Source: an uncultured virus (IMG/VR IMGVR_UViG_3300049812_002428) (lineage: Duplodnaviria > Heunggongvirae > Uroviricota > Caudoviricetes). From it: a DNA stretch of 64,000 bases. Position numbers and translations under genes: made by a program. Position 1 is the first letter of the stretch. Each line of letters opens with the position of its first letter. The stretch lies in the IMG/VR virus record IMGVR_UViG_3300049812_002428, one strand, 5' to 3'. Below are positions 53,805-64,000 of the stretch, piece after piece. Below the pieces are notes generated by a model. The model had not been told where the DNA came from and did not search any database. It saw only the letters and a list, made by a program, of their open reading frames with translations.

Positions 53805-53966
53805 TTATCTTTTTTTGTTTTTAAAGTAATCACTCTCACACTTAAAGTAGATTCGTGTTTGGATAAATTTAGGATCTATGTATTTGGTTGGATTTGGCAT
53901 GTGTTTGAATTTGTATTTAATAGGATTTGTATGTATTAAAATGTGATCGTATTTGTGAGGTGTCAT
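53805..53966 (-). CDS. Small basic hypothetical protein
   Basis: MTPHKYDHILIH...; TATAAATA at 53987-53994; hairpin plus T run follows. Confidence 0.5.
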   Translation of the reverse strand: MTPHKYDHILIHTNPIKYKFKHMPNPTKYIDPKFIQTRIYFKCESDYFKNKKR

Positions 53967-54003
53967 AAAAACCAATAAGGCATCCCTATTTATAACGTTG
54001 CAT

Positions 54004-54030
54004 AAAAAAAAGACCCCCCGAAGGAGGTCT
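54004..54030 (-). terminator. Terminator after gp23
   Basis: AGACCTCC-TTCG-GGGGGTCT-T run. Confidence 0.9.
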
Positions 54031-54050
54031 TGTAACAATGTGAATATGGA

Positions 54051-55442
54051 TCACATGAGGTTCTTGACAGTAACGCGCTGATAGTAACGGTTGCTGTTGA
54101 CCTTAAGAGCGCCGAGACCCTGGGTGGTTCCTTCTGCGAATGGGTTAGCGACCAGACCATAACGGGTCTTGAAGCCAATCTTGGGCTGGAAGGAGTTCTC
54201 TCCAACGGCACGAACCATCTGGAGGGGAACATAAGGGCAATAGAACAGACCTGCGTCATAAGGGGAAGTGCCCTTATAACCAACAACGTAGTACTGGTTA
54301 GCAGCAGAGTTTGCAGAATAAGGATCGATGTATACGCGATACTTACCTTGCAGAACACCAGCGAAGGTGTTACCAGTGTCATCAACGTTAAGGTTAGCGT
54401 TGAGTGCAGGGGTATAGTCGAGCACACCAGCCATGGTCAGTGCAGAAGCAACGTCTGCAGAGCACATGATGATGTTGCCCTTTCCTCTACGAGTTCTTTG
54501 GGCGATGCGGTTTGCATCTCTCTCGATTTGGAACAGAAGACCCTTGAACTTCTCAACCGACCAACGTCCGTTAGAGTCGATGTCGAGGTCAAACTCACCA
54601 GCGGTAGCAACGTTAGCAGCAGCACCTTGCTCAGCAACCTTATAGATGGTTCTGATGACTTCTCTGTTGATTTCCGCGAGGATTTCAGTAGAGAGGATGT
54701 TAGCAAGTTCTGCTTCAGCGTTAAGACCGTGGATTGCCTTAAGGTCTTGTGCCAGTTCCAAGGAGTACTCAGCTTTGAGTGCTCTGGATTTAGCGGTTAC
54801 AGTGACCTTCTCGATCGAGAATGCCATCTGGTTGAATGCGTTAGCACCAGTGTCAAGTGCCTCAGCAGAGTCGGTACGCATACCCTGACCGACGTTGTAT
54901 GCGGTCGAAGTTGCAGAACCAGTTGGGTTCAGGACGGAAGGGTTGGTGCCAGACTGAGAAGTAGTACCCAGACCAGCAGCAGCATCGGAGAAACCGTTGG
55001 CATCATCGAGACCAGCGGGTTGTCCGGAGAATGCGGAATCGACTTCATCGAAGAAGGTTTCGGTTCCAGACTGATCGGTCTTACGGGAGCGCATCGCGAA
55101 GATGAGTCCAGTAGGTCCGCTCATTGGTTGAACGCCAGCCAGGTCATAAGCGACCAGGTTAGGCATGGAGCGTCTGATCAGAGAGATCAGAACGGGGTCG
55201 AAACCAGCAGTAGGACCTGCAGCAGCAGCGGAACCGGTGAATCCACCGTTACCTACTTGGTTGGTTGGTTGTTCGGTCAGCATACCACCTTCATTGAAGG
55301 CAGACTGCTCACGCATGAATTTTTCTTGGTTTTCGAGCAGGACAGCGGTGACAGCTCTACGATGTTGATCCTTGATCGCGTCGCATCCTTCAGCATTCAG
55401 AAGGGGTGCCCACTTTTCCTGCAACTGTTCGGATTGGAACAT
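54051..55442 (-). CDS. gp23: Major capsid protein
   Basis: GVQPMSGPTGLIFAMR, KSRALKAEYSLELAQDLKAIHG, GFKTRYG. Confidence 0.99.
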   Translation of the reverse strand: MFQSEQLQEKWAPLLNAEGCDAIKDQHRRAVTAVLLENQEKFMREQSAFNEGGMLTEQPTNQVGNGGFTGSAAAAGPTAGFDPVLISLIRRSMPNLVAYDLAGVQPMSGPTGLIFAMRSRKTDQSGTETFFDEVDSAFSGQPAGLDDANGFSDAAAGLGTTSQSGTNPSVLNPTGSATSTAYNVGQGMRTDSAEALDTGANAFNQMAFSIEKVTVTAKSRALKAEYSLELAQDLKAIHGLNAEAELANILSTEILAEINREVIRTIYKVAEQGAAANVATAGEFDLDIDSNGRWSVEKFKGLLFQIERDANRIAQRTRRGKGNIIMCSADVASALTMAGVLDYTPALNANLNVDDTGNTFAGVLQGKYRVYIDPYSANSAANQYYVVGYKGTSPYDAGLFYCPYVPLQMVRAVGENSFQPKIGFKTRYGLVANPFAEGTTQGLGALKVNSNRYYQRVTVKNLM

Positions 55443-55484
55443 TTGCTTAAAAGGTAATGTTTACGGTTTGATTTAATGTTGAAT

Positions 55485-56585
55485 TCAGTTTTGCTTACCG
55501 AAAGAACCCAGGGTTCTGAGATATGCAGCCATGGAATCAGAGTAAGACTCAGTTCCCGACTGATCTACACCCTCAGAGAGGGTTTCGGATTTAGCATTGG
55601 AAGTCTCTTTCTTAGAGGTGAAATACGACTCTTTGAGGGTTTCCAATTTATCACGATATTGATCTTCACTCTCAAACTCTACACTTTCGGAAAGTGAGGC
55701 GAGCTTCTCCTTCTGAGTCTGTGCAAGACCTTCGGATACTTGATCGAGAATACCACCTGCAGCTGCCTCTGCGAGGCGACCATTCAGGTTGATGTTCTTC
55801 TCGATTTGCTCGTTGAGTTTTGTCTCCATATCATCAAGTTTTTCTACCATACTCTCAAGTACATCATATTTATCTTCAGGGATTGATACATAATGTTCTT
55901 CAAAAAGACCCTTCATTCCAGAGAGGAACGATTCGGTCATTTCGGTCTTGAGACCTGCCTCAATGGCGAGTGCGTTTTCTTCAAACCACTCGTCAGAGAC
56001 ATACTCAAGATAAGAATCTACACGCTCAGCGAGAGATTCTTTTGCTGCTTCGATTTCTTCTGAAAGTGTGGCAGCATACTGTGCTTCCAGTTCTTCTTTA
56101 ATACCAGCAACTTTTGCATTGATTGCTGCTTCAAAGATGGTCTTTGCCTTTTCTTTGAATTCTTCGGAGAGTTCTTCGCCACCGAGGAGAGCATTAACGT
56201 CTTCTTCGACATCATACTCAGCAATGGTTTCTTCTTCAGCGACTACTTCATCGGTAGTTGCCTCTTCCTCTTCAATGGTGTCTTCCGAGGAGAGTTCCTC
56301 TTCCTCTTTCTTCATGGTGGGCATAGGATCTGCTTTTCCTGCACCTTTATTTACAACATCTTTAACCTGCTTGAGGGTTCCGCCTGGTTCTTTGAGCTTA
56401 GCAGAATCATCATCAGGCTTATAGTTTTCTGGGGTAGGACCACCAAGATCCTCTACACCTGCTAACTGGGTTCCTGGATCTGCCATTTTAGGCATAGGAT
56501 CAGCAGGTTGTGCTCCAGCATTAACAGCGGTGCGGGATTGCTGTGTCTTTACTTCCATTTCTTGTAATTTTTTACCACGAGACAT
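55485..56585 (-). CDS. gp22: Prohead core scaffold
   Basis: EEFKEKAKTIFEAA, VDSYLEYV..EW; between gp21 and gp23; TATAAATA at 56623-56630. Confidence 0.93.
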   Translation of the reverse strand: MSRGKKLQEMEVKTQQSRTAVNAGAQPADPMPKMADPGTQLAGVEDLGGPTPENYKPDDDSAKLKEPGGTLKQVKDVVNKGAGKADPMPTMKKEEEELSSEDTIEEEEATTDEVVAEEETIAEYDVEEDVNALLGGEELSEEFKEKAKTIFEAAINAKVAGIKEELEAQYAATLSEEIEAAKESLAERVDSYLEYVSDEWFEENALAIEAGLKTEMTESFLSGMKGLFEEHYVSIPEDKYDVLESMVEKLDDMETKLNEQIEKNINLNGRLAEAAAGGILDQVSEGLAQTQKEKLASLSESVEFESEDQYRDKLETLKESYFTSKKETSNAKSETLSEGVDQSGTESYSDSMAAYLRTLGSFGKQN

Positions 56586-56633
56586 TTGAACTCTCCGTTT
56601 TTCCGTTATTTAAAACTATATTTATTTATAAAA

Positions 56634-57284
56634 TTAAAGATTAGATAAGAAGTCATTGAACAAGTCTAACTTATGCTCGTCTAATTGTTTTTGGTCTACA
56701 AGAGTATTGATTGTCTTGTAGGTTTTTTCAGCAAACTTCTCACGAAGAATGCCACCATCCCATACCCAATCCTTACCTTCCATAATGCCTTCAACGAAAG
56801 CATCAGGAGCAGAGGGATCAGCAACAATATCAGCGGCAGTTGCCAGCATAAAGTCGTCACCGACAACATTGACACCCTCACGGGTCATTTTTAAGGATCC
56901 AATGCCGCGAGAAGAAACACCAAGTTTTACACCCTCTTCAATCAAAGAAGATGCAATCTTACCCATTGGTGTGTTAAGCAGTTTCGCTTTACCAATGAAG
57001 TTAGAACCAGACTCTCTCAGAGAAACAATCTTGTGGGAAACTCTATCAAGATTAACGGTAGGACCGTCAGGGTGGCCAAGTTCGCCAAGTGCTCTACCTG
57101 CCTGAACATGATTTTCGTTGTAACGACCAACCTCACGACGGAGAGTTTCCATAGGATACATACGACCATTACGGTTCTTGATGTTACCCTGGAGGAATAC
57201 TCCCTCAATATACATTGATTTCTTGCCGTTCTTTTGTTCGACAAGAAACTCAACGGATTCGATTTCTTCTCTAATGAGTTTCAT
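56634..57284 (-). CDS. gp21: Prohead protease
   Basis: NRNGRMYP, GELGHP, GVSSRG, DIVADPSAPDA. Confidence 0.96.
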   Translation of the reverse strand: MKLIREEIESVEFLVEQKNGKKSMYIEGVFLQGNIKNRNGRMYPMETLRREVGRYNENHVQAGRALGELGHPDGPTVNLDRVSHKIVSLRESGSNFIGKAKLLNTPMGKIASSLIEEGVKLGVSSRGIGSLKMTREGVNVVGDDFMLATAADIVADPSAPDAFVEGIMEGKDWVWDGGILREKFAEKTYKTINTLVDQKQLDEHKLDLFNDFLSNL

Positions 57285-57311
57285 TTGACTAGTAGATTAT
57301 TTTACTTGAAA

Positions 57312-57569
57312 TTAAGTGCGAGCGTCTACGTTAACTTTGGTTCCCTTCAACGCAGCATTACCTCTCAGACCCTGACCGATATCTAGGTGGATAACGATAG
57401 AACCTGCAGCGGGAACTGTTATAGATCCCAGGTCTGCATCATCATCAGTATTACGAACAGTGACATCATAATCATTTGCGTTGTCAGTATTGCCAATATA
57501 AACCGCAGTTGAGGTTTTAAATTTGGTTGTACTTGCCGCCAACACAGTGGCATCTCCTAAGACTTTCAT
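57312..57569 (-). CDS. Small hypothetical (probably virion) protein
   Basis: 85 aa; TATAAATA at 57593-57600. Confidence 0.7.
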   Translation of the reverse strand: MKVLGDATVLAASTTKFKTSTAVYIGNTDNANDYDVTVRNTDDDADLGSITVPAAGSIVIHLDIGQGLRGNAALKGTKVNVDART

Positions 57570-57601
57570 CTTTCCTAACTTTCAGTATAATTTATTTATA
57601 A

Positions 57602-57808
57602 TTAGACACCATCACTGGTATCAAGTTCCTCATCATCAACTTCATCTTCAACTTCGATAGGATCCTCACCAGCAAACATACCATTTGCAATCACAGGACG
57701 GAAAGCGTCAACTTTTTCGCCTGCTTTGGCATACAGTAAATCTTTGATGGTATCACTAATCTGAGATGGTGACTCGTCAGAGATCATCATATCTAAAAGG
57801 TCATCCAT
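57602..57808 (-). CDS. Acidic prohead-core-region protein
   Basis: IKDLLYAKA, acidic tail; TATAAATA at 57837-57844; follows gp20. Confidence 0.7.
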   Translation of the reverse strand: MDDLLDMMISDESPSQISDTIKDLLYAKAGEKVDAFRPVIANGMFAGEDPIEVEDEVDDEELDTSDGV

Positions 57809-57839
57809 TAGTAATTTTATAGTAAACAACTAGATATAT

Positions 57840-59498
57840 TTATATTTCACCGCCCTTAGGCAGTTCTGGTGCTTCAGTGGCAGATCCATCCATTTCAGGT
57901 TCCATGACTGGAGCACCTAAATCCATACCTGCTGCACTATCTAAAGGTTGTCCTGTTGCAGGATCGATAGTTGTAGGATCAGGAATAACACCATCTTTAA
58001 TCTCTTTTTTAATCAGCGCATCTTGCTCAAGAATTTCTACATCAGTCTGACGTAAAATCTTACGGCGAACATAATCCTGAGAATAATACTTACCAATATA
58101 AGCTTCTGCTGTTGCTGCCAGAGATAGTCTCTCATTCATGAGTTCTGCCTCTTTCAGTTCAGAGAAGTGATTATCATAGAGGAAGTCATACTGAATATGC
58201 TCACTCATCGTCTCCCAATCTTCAGGAGTGATGATATTCTTAAGAATAAGTTGAGTCTTCAGCATGTCATTAAACATGTTGGAGAATCTCTTTCTTAAAC
58301 GTGCAACAAACTTTGTAAACTTCAGTTCGTCTCTGAGGATTTCGGAGGATCTTCCGAGATTAAATCCGCCTTCGCCATCCATTCTAGACGGGGGGACGTT
58401 GAGTGATCTGTATAACTTTTTCTTAAAATACTCAATGTCCGTGATTTCACCAAGGTTTTGACCTCCAGGAAGAGTAGAAATTTCAGTACCACGTCCTCCC
58501 TCTCGTCTAGGAAGCCAGAAATCCTCAAGCATTGCCATGTATTTTTTGTCATCACGAATCTCTCCTGTGTTTGCATCGTATACAAGTTTGTTGCGATAAC
58601 GCATCATGACATCACGGAGGTATTGTTCTGCCTTTTGCTTAGGCAGATTACCAACATCAATGTAGAAAATTCTACGTTCTGGTGCTCTAGATAAACGATA
58701 GATGACCAGAGAATCTTCAATCATACGAAGTTGATTGATAGACTTAATTGCTTTATGAAGATAAGAGAGTGTTGATCCCTTGTTTCTATCTACTAAACCA
58801 GATGTGCAATAGGTAATTGCGTCTCTTGCAATTTTAATTCCTTGACTTGCACCCGTTTGCATTGGATTGCCAGTAGGATAAGTAGACTTTGGATTATAGA
58901 TGAAGTATTCTTCGATTTCTGGAAAGTCATAATCCATAGGATTTTTGCTCTGCAGTCTTACAACAGCAGAAGCATCATTGTTCTTTTTCTTCTGTTGTCT
59001 TACATAACGCATTTTCATTGCGTCAATATAACGAAGTTCTTGAATACCTTCTTGAGGATTCTTTAGATCAATAATCTTATGATAATAGATACGACCATCA
59101 ATATACCAGTTACGGTAAATTTCATGTGCCTTTTTATCAAAATCTAATAAATCTAGGATATACTTAAACTCTTTACGAATTTTAGTTTTGATACCATCAC
59201 TAGCATTCAGATTTGAAAGTTCAATTTCTACAGGACTATCGTTAGAATCAGAAACGATTGCTTCGTTTACAATATCTTCAATGGCACTATCCGCTTCAGG
59301 ATGAAGTGCCATTTCACGATATCTTTTGATTAGATCAAACTCGGTGCGATATACACCTTCAATGTCAACATAAGAACCAAAAAAACCACTACTCATGTAG
59401 TGGTCAGACCCGTCCTCATTGTTAGGAGGAACAGGACTGACAGCACCTGGAGATAGTGGTTCGGTGTCCTCAATAGAGAACCCAAATAACTTGGACAT
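57840..59498 (-). CDS. gp20: Portal vertex protein
   Basis: IYRLSRAPERRIFYIDVGNLP, EDFWLPRREGGRGTEI. Confidence 0.98.
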   Translation of the reverse strand: MSKLFGFSIEDTEPLSPGAVSPVPPNNEDGSDHYMSSGFFGSYVDIEGVYRTEFDLIKRYREMALHPEADSAIEDIVNEAIVSDSNDSPVEIELSNLNASDGIKTKIRKEFKYILDLLDFDKKAHEIYRNWYIDGRIYYHKIIDLKNPQEGIQELRYIDAMKMRYVRQQKKKNNDASAVVRLQSKNPMDYDFPEIEEYFIYNPKSTYPTGNPMQTGASQGIKIARDAITYCTSGLVDRNKGSTLSYLHKAIKSINQLRMIEDSLVIYRLSRAPERRIFYIDVGNLPKQKAEQYLRDVMMRYRNKLVYDANTGEIRDDKKYMAMLEDFWLPRREGGRGTEISTLPGGQNLGEITDIEYFKKKLYRSLNVPPSRMDGEGGFNLGRSSEILRDELKFTKFVARLRKRFSNMFNDMLKTQLILKNIITPEDWETMSEHIQYDFLYDNHFSELKEAELMNERLSLAATAEAYIGKYYSQDYVRRKILRQTDVEILEQDALIKKEIKDGVIPDPTTIDPATGQPLDSAAGMDLGAPVMEPEMDGSATEAPELPKGGEI

Positions 59499-59544
59499 GA
59501 TTATATAAATCTAAGTTTCCTTAGACTATTTAGATGGTCAAATA

Positions 59545-60147
59545 TCAGGCGTTATTACCTTTTTCTCCGTCCTTAGACGCGGGATACCAGTAGTTAACTG
59601 TAAATTCTACTGTGAACTCTTCAATGGTATCGGTGGTGTCATAAGAGAGATCGATTGCAGAGATATTAGTTGGGAAAATATCTGCAAACTGGTAAACTGC
59701 AATAGTCTCAAGACCAGTTCCTTTGGAATTTTCATCACCATAACCGATGTTAGATGCCTGTCTTCCCAGATGTCTAACAGTGGCAGATGCCATATAATCA
59801 GCAGGGTTAGTTGCACCTGAAGCTTCTTGATACTGAGCAACAAACTGTGCCCATTCTTCCATCGTTCTTCTGATTTTAAAGTCAGTGTCGTTGATGACGG
59901 TGATGGTCCAGGTGTCGAATGTGCGATCACCAGCAACTTTAAAAGTACGTCCTCTGAAAGGAACGTCAATCGAAGCTACGTTTGATGCAGGCAAGTTTGC
60001 TGCTTTACACATGTATTTAAAAACGTCTCCATCCAACGCAGAGATACCATCTGGTAAATCTCCAGGTGTGATCTCAACCTCAAACAGATTGGGGCGAGCG
60101 CCGCCGCCAATCAGTTTGGATTTAAAGTCGGTGAGTGAGTTTGCCAT
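59545..60147 (-). CDS. gp19: Tail tube protein
   Basis: GGARPNLFEV, AGDRTFDTW, IEEFTVEF. Confidence 0.95.
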   Translation of the reverse strand: MANSLTDFKSKLIGGGARPNLFEVEITPGDLPDGISALDGDVFKYMCKAANLPASNVASIDVPFRGRTFKVAGDRTFDTWTITVINDTDFKIRRTMEEWAQFVAQYQEASGATNPADYMASATVRHLGRQASNIGYGDENSKGTGLETIAVYQFADIFPTNISAIDLSYDTTDTIEEFTVEFTVNYWYPASKDGEKGNNA

Positions 60148-60182
60148 TGTTTAATCCTCCGTAGTGTTATTTAGATAATATA

Positions 60183-62399
60183 TCAAACTCTACCTGCTAC
60201 TTCTTCAAAACTGACGCCAGTTCTGGTAGCAACGAAGGTGAGTGTTACATAGTTGATGCTTCTAGCAGGCTTCAGGAAGATGTCTGCTCTAAACTCATTA
60301 TTATCAATGACATCGGGAGTATTGTTTGTTGCGTCACAAACAACCAAGAATCCATAGAGTCCTCTCTTCGATTCAACGTCACGGAGGAATGGTTCAACGA
60401 TGTTTCTGAAGTTTGCTCTTGTTAACTCATCATTGAGTTCAAAGAGTTGAGCTTGTGCTGCTCTTTCAAGTGCTTGCTCAATAGTAAGGAACAGACGACG
60501 AACATTAATTCTATCGAATGCAGAGGCATAACCGAGAGCGGTCTTGTCTCCAAACAGAAGTGTTCCGATACCAGGTGTAGTGATAAAAGAGTTAATTCTG
60601 TTAGGATACAGTTTATCTCTTTGTGCTTTAGTTGGGTTATATGCAAGTTTGACTGCATTGTTGATAACACCACGCTGCTGTCCCGCAGGCGAGAACCATG
60701 GGAATGCAACTAAGTTAGTGCGTGTCATCAGACCAGCAACATCAGGGTTACATGGCACATAACGGAAGATGTTGTTGAATCTATCGAACATATACTTATA
60801 ACCACTGTCGAAGACTGCATACGAAGAAGAGGTCAGTGGCGAGAAGAAGTTGATCAGATTATTGGTCTGAGTGGTTGTGTTGGTTACGTAAACAATGTTA
60901 TGTCTGTGAGGTCCGATAACTGCAATACAATCTTTTCTTGCGTTAGCAAGAGAGATGATGTAGTTTGCTTTTGCCTGCGAATCAGATTCGCTTACGCAAC
61001 CAGGTCCCATGATCAGGAAATCAACTTCAATTTCATCCTTATTGGCGAAGAGACCGTAGGAAGTGATCAGACTAGAAAGTTCTGCCTTCATTCCTTTGTC
61101 AGCAGAGTAATCAACACCGCCACCGAGAGTGAAGGTCTTGTTACCCAGGACAGAGAAGGTAGTATCTTGAGCGTTTAGACCGAAGAGACCATCAGCAGTT
61201 GTGACTGCGGTGAAGTCGGTAGAGAATCCAGATGCTCTAGGTACACAAGTAGAACCACCGCTGGTAGTGATACCAGAAGAAAGGTTATATCCCACATAGA
61301 CATTATCAGAGAAGTCTGCGATATAATCTTTGTAGTAGTTTTTGGTAGGTGAGTTGTAATCGGAAACAGCGTCTCCTGCCTTAGACAGGTTGACGTGACT
61401 CTCAAGGAGATTGCCCTTGATACCAGTGATGCTTCCGTCGTCATCTACGACTGCGACGTGAATACCATCATTTTTACCGTTTCTTTCGGTAACGTAGTTG
61501 GAAGAAATTGGTCTTGGAGCAATAGTCTTCCAGTACAGCGTAGAGTTGGTCAGACCAAGTGTCTGCTGATCGTACCAGTCAATAGCAGTTGCAGGTGTCA
61601 GAGCAGCAGAAAGTCTACCAGTCGTGTTAACACCAGAGTTATTAACGATATTCAGTGCAGTTCCAGTTCCGAATGCTGCGAAGGAAGTTCCCTCTGCATA
61701 AGTAACGGCAGTTTCAGTAGAACCAGTACCAACTGTTTCTACGCGAGAAACAACTTTAACATCAAGTGTACTAGAGTTTCCAGCGGCGTCAGTCGTTACG
61801 CCCGTGATGATTCCCTTCAGGAATCCAGTGAACTCAGAGGTGGTTCCAGATCCAGGAATTACAACCCCACTTAAGGAAGCGGTAACACCGAATCCAACCT
61901 CTGCACCGATACCCTCAAGAGAGGTGGTTGCGATACCAACAACCTGATCTGCGAAATCGTCGATGTAGCAGACTTTCAGATTGTTGCCCCAGGTTCCAGG
62001 GTTCTTAGCAGCATAAGTGAAAGTATTGTCGCCTTCCTTATGGTTCTGCTGATAGTCGTCGTAATTATTGATTTTCAGCGATGTTGTCGAAGCAATACCA
62101 ACACCAGCGTTAGCATTGTTCAGTTGAGTATCATCGGCTCTGACAACTTTAAGTACTCCGCCGTAGGACAGGAAGTTGGATGCACTCATCCAGTATTCGT
62201 ACTGTGCATCGGTAGAGATGGGTTTACCAAACGTATCGATAAGTTGTTGCTCAGTTTGGATGTCAGTTGCTTCGTCAACTGGTCCAATAGCAAAAGGTCC
62301 TGCAATTGCACCAATATTATCTAATACATTCTCAGCTCTTCCTACTGTAAGGTCAACCTCCCTGACTAATACGCCTGGAGACAATTGAGGAGTCGCCAT
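60183..62399 (-). CDS. gp18: Tail sheath protein
   Basis: SPGVLVREVDLT, PWFSPAG, AFDRINVRRLF, KPARSINY. Confidence 0.97.
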   Translation of the reverse strand: MATPQLSPGVLVREVDLTVGRAENVLDNIGAIAGPFAIGPVDEATDIQTEQQLIDTFGKPISTDAQYEYWMSASNFLSYGGVLKVVRADDTQLNNANAGVGIASTTSLKINNYDDYQQNHKEGDNTFTYAAKNPGTWGNNLKVCYIDDFADQVVGIATTSLEGIGAEVGFGVTASLSGVVIPGSGTTSEFTGFLKGIITGVTTDAAGNSSTLDVKVVSRVETVGTGSTETAVTYAEGTSFAAFGTGTALNIVNNSGVNTTGRLSAALTPATAIDWYDQQTLGLTNSTLYWKTIAPRPISSNYVTERNGKNDGIHVAVVDDDGSITGIKGNLLESHVNLSKAGDAVSDYNSPTKNYYKDYIADFSDNVYVGYNLSSGITTSGGSTCVPRASGFSTDFTAVTTADGLFGLNAQDTTFSVLGNKTFTLGGGVDYSADKGMKAELSSLITSYGLFANKDEIEVDFLIMGPGCVSESDSQAKANYIISLANARKDCIAVIGPHRHNIVYVTNTTTQTNNLINFFSPLTSSSYAVFDSGYKYMFDRFNNIFRYVPCNPDVAGLMTRTNLVAFPWFSPAGQQRGVINNAVKLAYNPTKAQRDKLYPNRINSFITTPGIGTLLFGDKTALGYASAFDRINVRRLFLTIEQALERAAQAQLFELNDELTRANFRNIVEPFLRDVESKRGLYGFLVVCDATNNTPDVIDNNEFRADIFLKPARSINYVTLTFVATRTGVSFEEVAGRV

Positions 62400-62432
62400 G
62401 TTTTTTTCTCCGTGGTCTCATGTTACTGAAAA

Positions 62433-62440
62433 TATTTATT
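62433..62440 (-). promoter_or_regulatory. T4-type late promoter for gp18
   Basis: AATAAATA upstream of the GGAG SD. Confidence 0.7.
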
Positions 62441-62476
62441 AAAAAGCATGTTTTCACAGGGGAAACCTGACGTGAA

Positions 62477-62698
62477 CTACCAGTCTGGATATTCCCATCT
62501 GTTATCTGACTTTTTGTTTGCTAATATTCTCCTTATAGTACACTCTTTACACTCATAAGAATATGAGGAAGCAACAGGACCTCTGTCTTTTCTAGTTCTG
62601 TAAAAACTGTCCACTAAATTTTTTAGTTCGCCGCAGGATCTACACTTTCTATCTTGTAAAAGAAGATGACCTAACTTAATCTGACCATCTAAATCCAT
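62477..62698 (-). CDS. Small Zn-finger protein
   Basis: CRSC...CKEC; TAATG-coupled to gp17. Confidence 0.7.
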   Translation of the reverse strand: MDLDGQIKLGHLLLQDRKCRSCGELKNLVDSFYRTRKDRGPVASSYSYECKECTIRRILANKKSDNRWEYPDW

Positions 62699-64000
62699 TA
62701 AGATAGATACTCCCACATAAAAGATCTATCACCATATTCATCTGCTTTAAACCATCTGTCTTCACCATCAACAAAACTATCGTCATCCAAACCATCATTT
62801 AAAAATCCAAATGGTGCCATGTCCTGTTCGATTTGATTTTTTTGTTCTTCATATAATCTCTTACGAACATCCTGGTCAGTCAGTTCCTTGAAGTAGTCCA
62901 TCTGAACTAACCAGGCATAGATAACAAGACACATTGCCAAGTCATCATTACAACCTTCCTCTGCCTCAAATGAATTATGCTTTGAAATAAAAGTTGTCAA
63001 TTCTGAGATAATTTCATAGTCTTTAAAGATAAGTTTATCTTCCTCAATCAGAGTCTTGAGATTAAGAGATCCAACCTTCTTCACAGTCTTAGACATTTTT
63101 ACACCAAGTTGAGTCTTCTTACCAGAGAAACCTTGTCCAACAATCTGACCTGCCCTACCTCTCATAGAACACATCAATAGATTCTGATACTCAAGATCAT
63201 ATTGTAGAATGCTTGCAACTTGATCTCCAATATCGTTCACTTCACATAAAATATATGCGCTATTATAACTCTTTGCTACTTCGTAAATTATATTGGGGAA
63301 CAACATTGGTTTGATATCATTGTTCCTATATTTGGCGACAACCTTGTGTGGGAACTCCGTTATGTCTACAACTACAAAAGCAGAATAGTCTTCTCCAACA
63401 CCACGCGCTACGTCAACGGTCATTACATAGTCATGATTTTCTATTGACGGTTCGTAAACATCGAATCCAGCATTTCTCTGGATAGGATTATCATATATCA
63501 ATGTTCTTAATTTACTTGGTGCAATCAGAGTATCAACAGATCCAAGGAATTCACATTCAAACTCAACTTTGAATTGCTGTTCCGATGTATTCTTAATAGT
63601 AGTCTTTTTCCACTTTTCATCCCTACCTGGAACTTCTGACCAGTGAACATCTGTAGGAACATAATCATTTTTTTGCTTTTCAGCATCATGCCACAATCGG
63701 TAGAAATGATTCATACCATGTGGGGTAGATACAATAATTACCTTGGTGTTTTTACCAGAAGTAATAGTAGGATAAACAGATGCAAAGAACGAGTCAGCGA
63801 CGTGATTTGGGACAAATGCGAATTCGTCGAGAAAGAGGATGTTGAACGACATACCTCGGACAGCACTCGCAGACGTAGAAGCTGCCAATATCTTACTGCC
63901 ATTTTCTAACTCCAGTGAACCTTTGTTCCAAGCAATAATACCCTGTTGCATCCATTTGGGCAAGTTCTCATATGCAGTCTGCAACCTTCCAAGAAGTTCT
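62698..64000 (-). CDS. gp17: Terminase large subunit, 5' end outside the window
   Basis: FLDEFAFV, VSTPHG, VDVARG, DDLAM; frame stays open to the window edge. Confidence 0.97.
   Translation of the reverse strand, partial: ELLGRLQTAYENLPKWMQQGIIAWNKGSLELENGSKILAASTSASAVRGMSFNILFLDEFAFVPNHVADSFFASVYPTITSGKNTKVIIVSTPHGMNHFYRLWHDAEKQKNDYVPTDVHWSEVPGRDEKWKKTTIKNTSEQQFKVEFECEFLGSVDTLIAPSKLRTLIYDNPIQRNAGFDVYEPSIENHDYVMTVDVARGVGEDYSAFVVVDITEFPHKVVAKYRNNDIKPMLFPNIIYEVAKSYNSAYILCEVNDIGDQVASILQYDLEYQNLLMCSMRGRAGQIVGQGFSGKKTQLGVKMSKTVKKVGSLNLKTLIEEDKLIFKDYEIISELTTFISKHNSFEAEEGCNDDLAMCLVIYAWLVQMDYFKELTDQDVRKRLYEEQKNQIEQDMAPFGFLNDGLDDDSFVDGEDRWFKADEYGDRSFMWEYLS

Noticed and set aside
54348..55457. 369-aa plus-strand ORF
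   Set aside because: Antisense shadow of gp23 caused by codon bias; no recognisable motifs
1..64000. Photosynthesis genes, integrase, transposase or rRNA
   Set aside because: No supporting motifs seen in this window

Overview
A 64-kb segment of a T4-like cyanomyophage genome (Kyanoviridae-type; a Synechococcus host is likely, inferred from the U34-rich tRNA set). Essentially all genes lie on the minus strand. In transcription order from the right end: virion module (gp17 partial, gp18-gp23, gp3); recombination/late-transcription module (uvsY, uvsW, gp55, gp47, gp46); vWA/peptidase plus cobS-like AAA; replication module (gp45, speD, gp44, dam, gp62, regA, hsp20, gp43, uvsX, gp41, mazG); a late-promoter cluster of probable head-packaged proteins; primase, nrdA and nrdB; a tRNA/ncRNA island (six intact tRNAs across the window, one chimeric broken tRNA, manA-like and wcaG-like RNAs, several unnamed structured elements); and a ~13-kb GDP-sugar/glycosyltransferase island running off the left end. 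Most interesting: the L-galacto-sugar glycosylation island with a ColD-like enzyme, putative capsid-targeted polyproteins, a ROSE-like thermometer ahead of hsp20, a chimeric tRNA fused to the manA-like RNA, and candidate small RNAs. All family calls come from motif recognition by eye, not database searches. Some start codons were moved from the ORF track to the more plausible downstream ATG.
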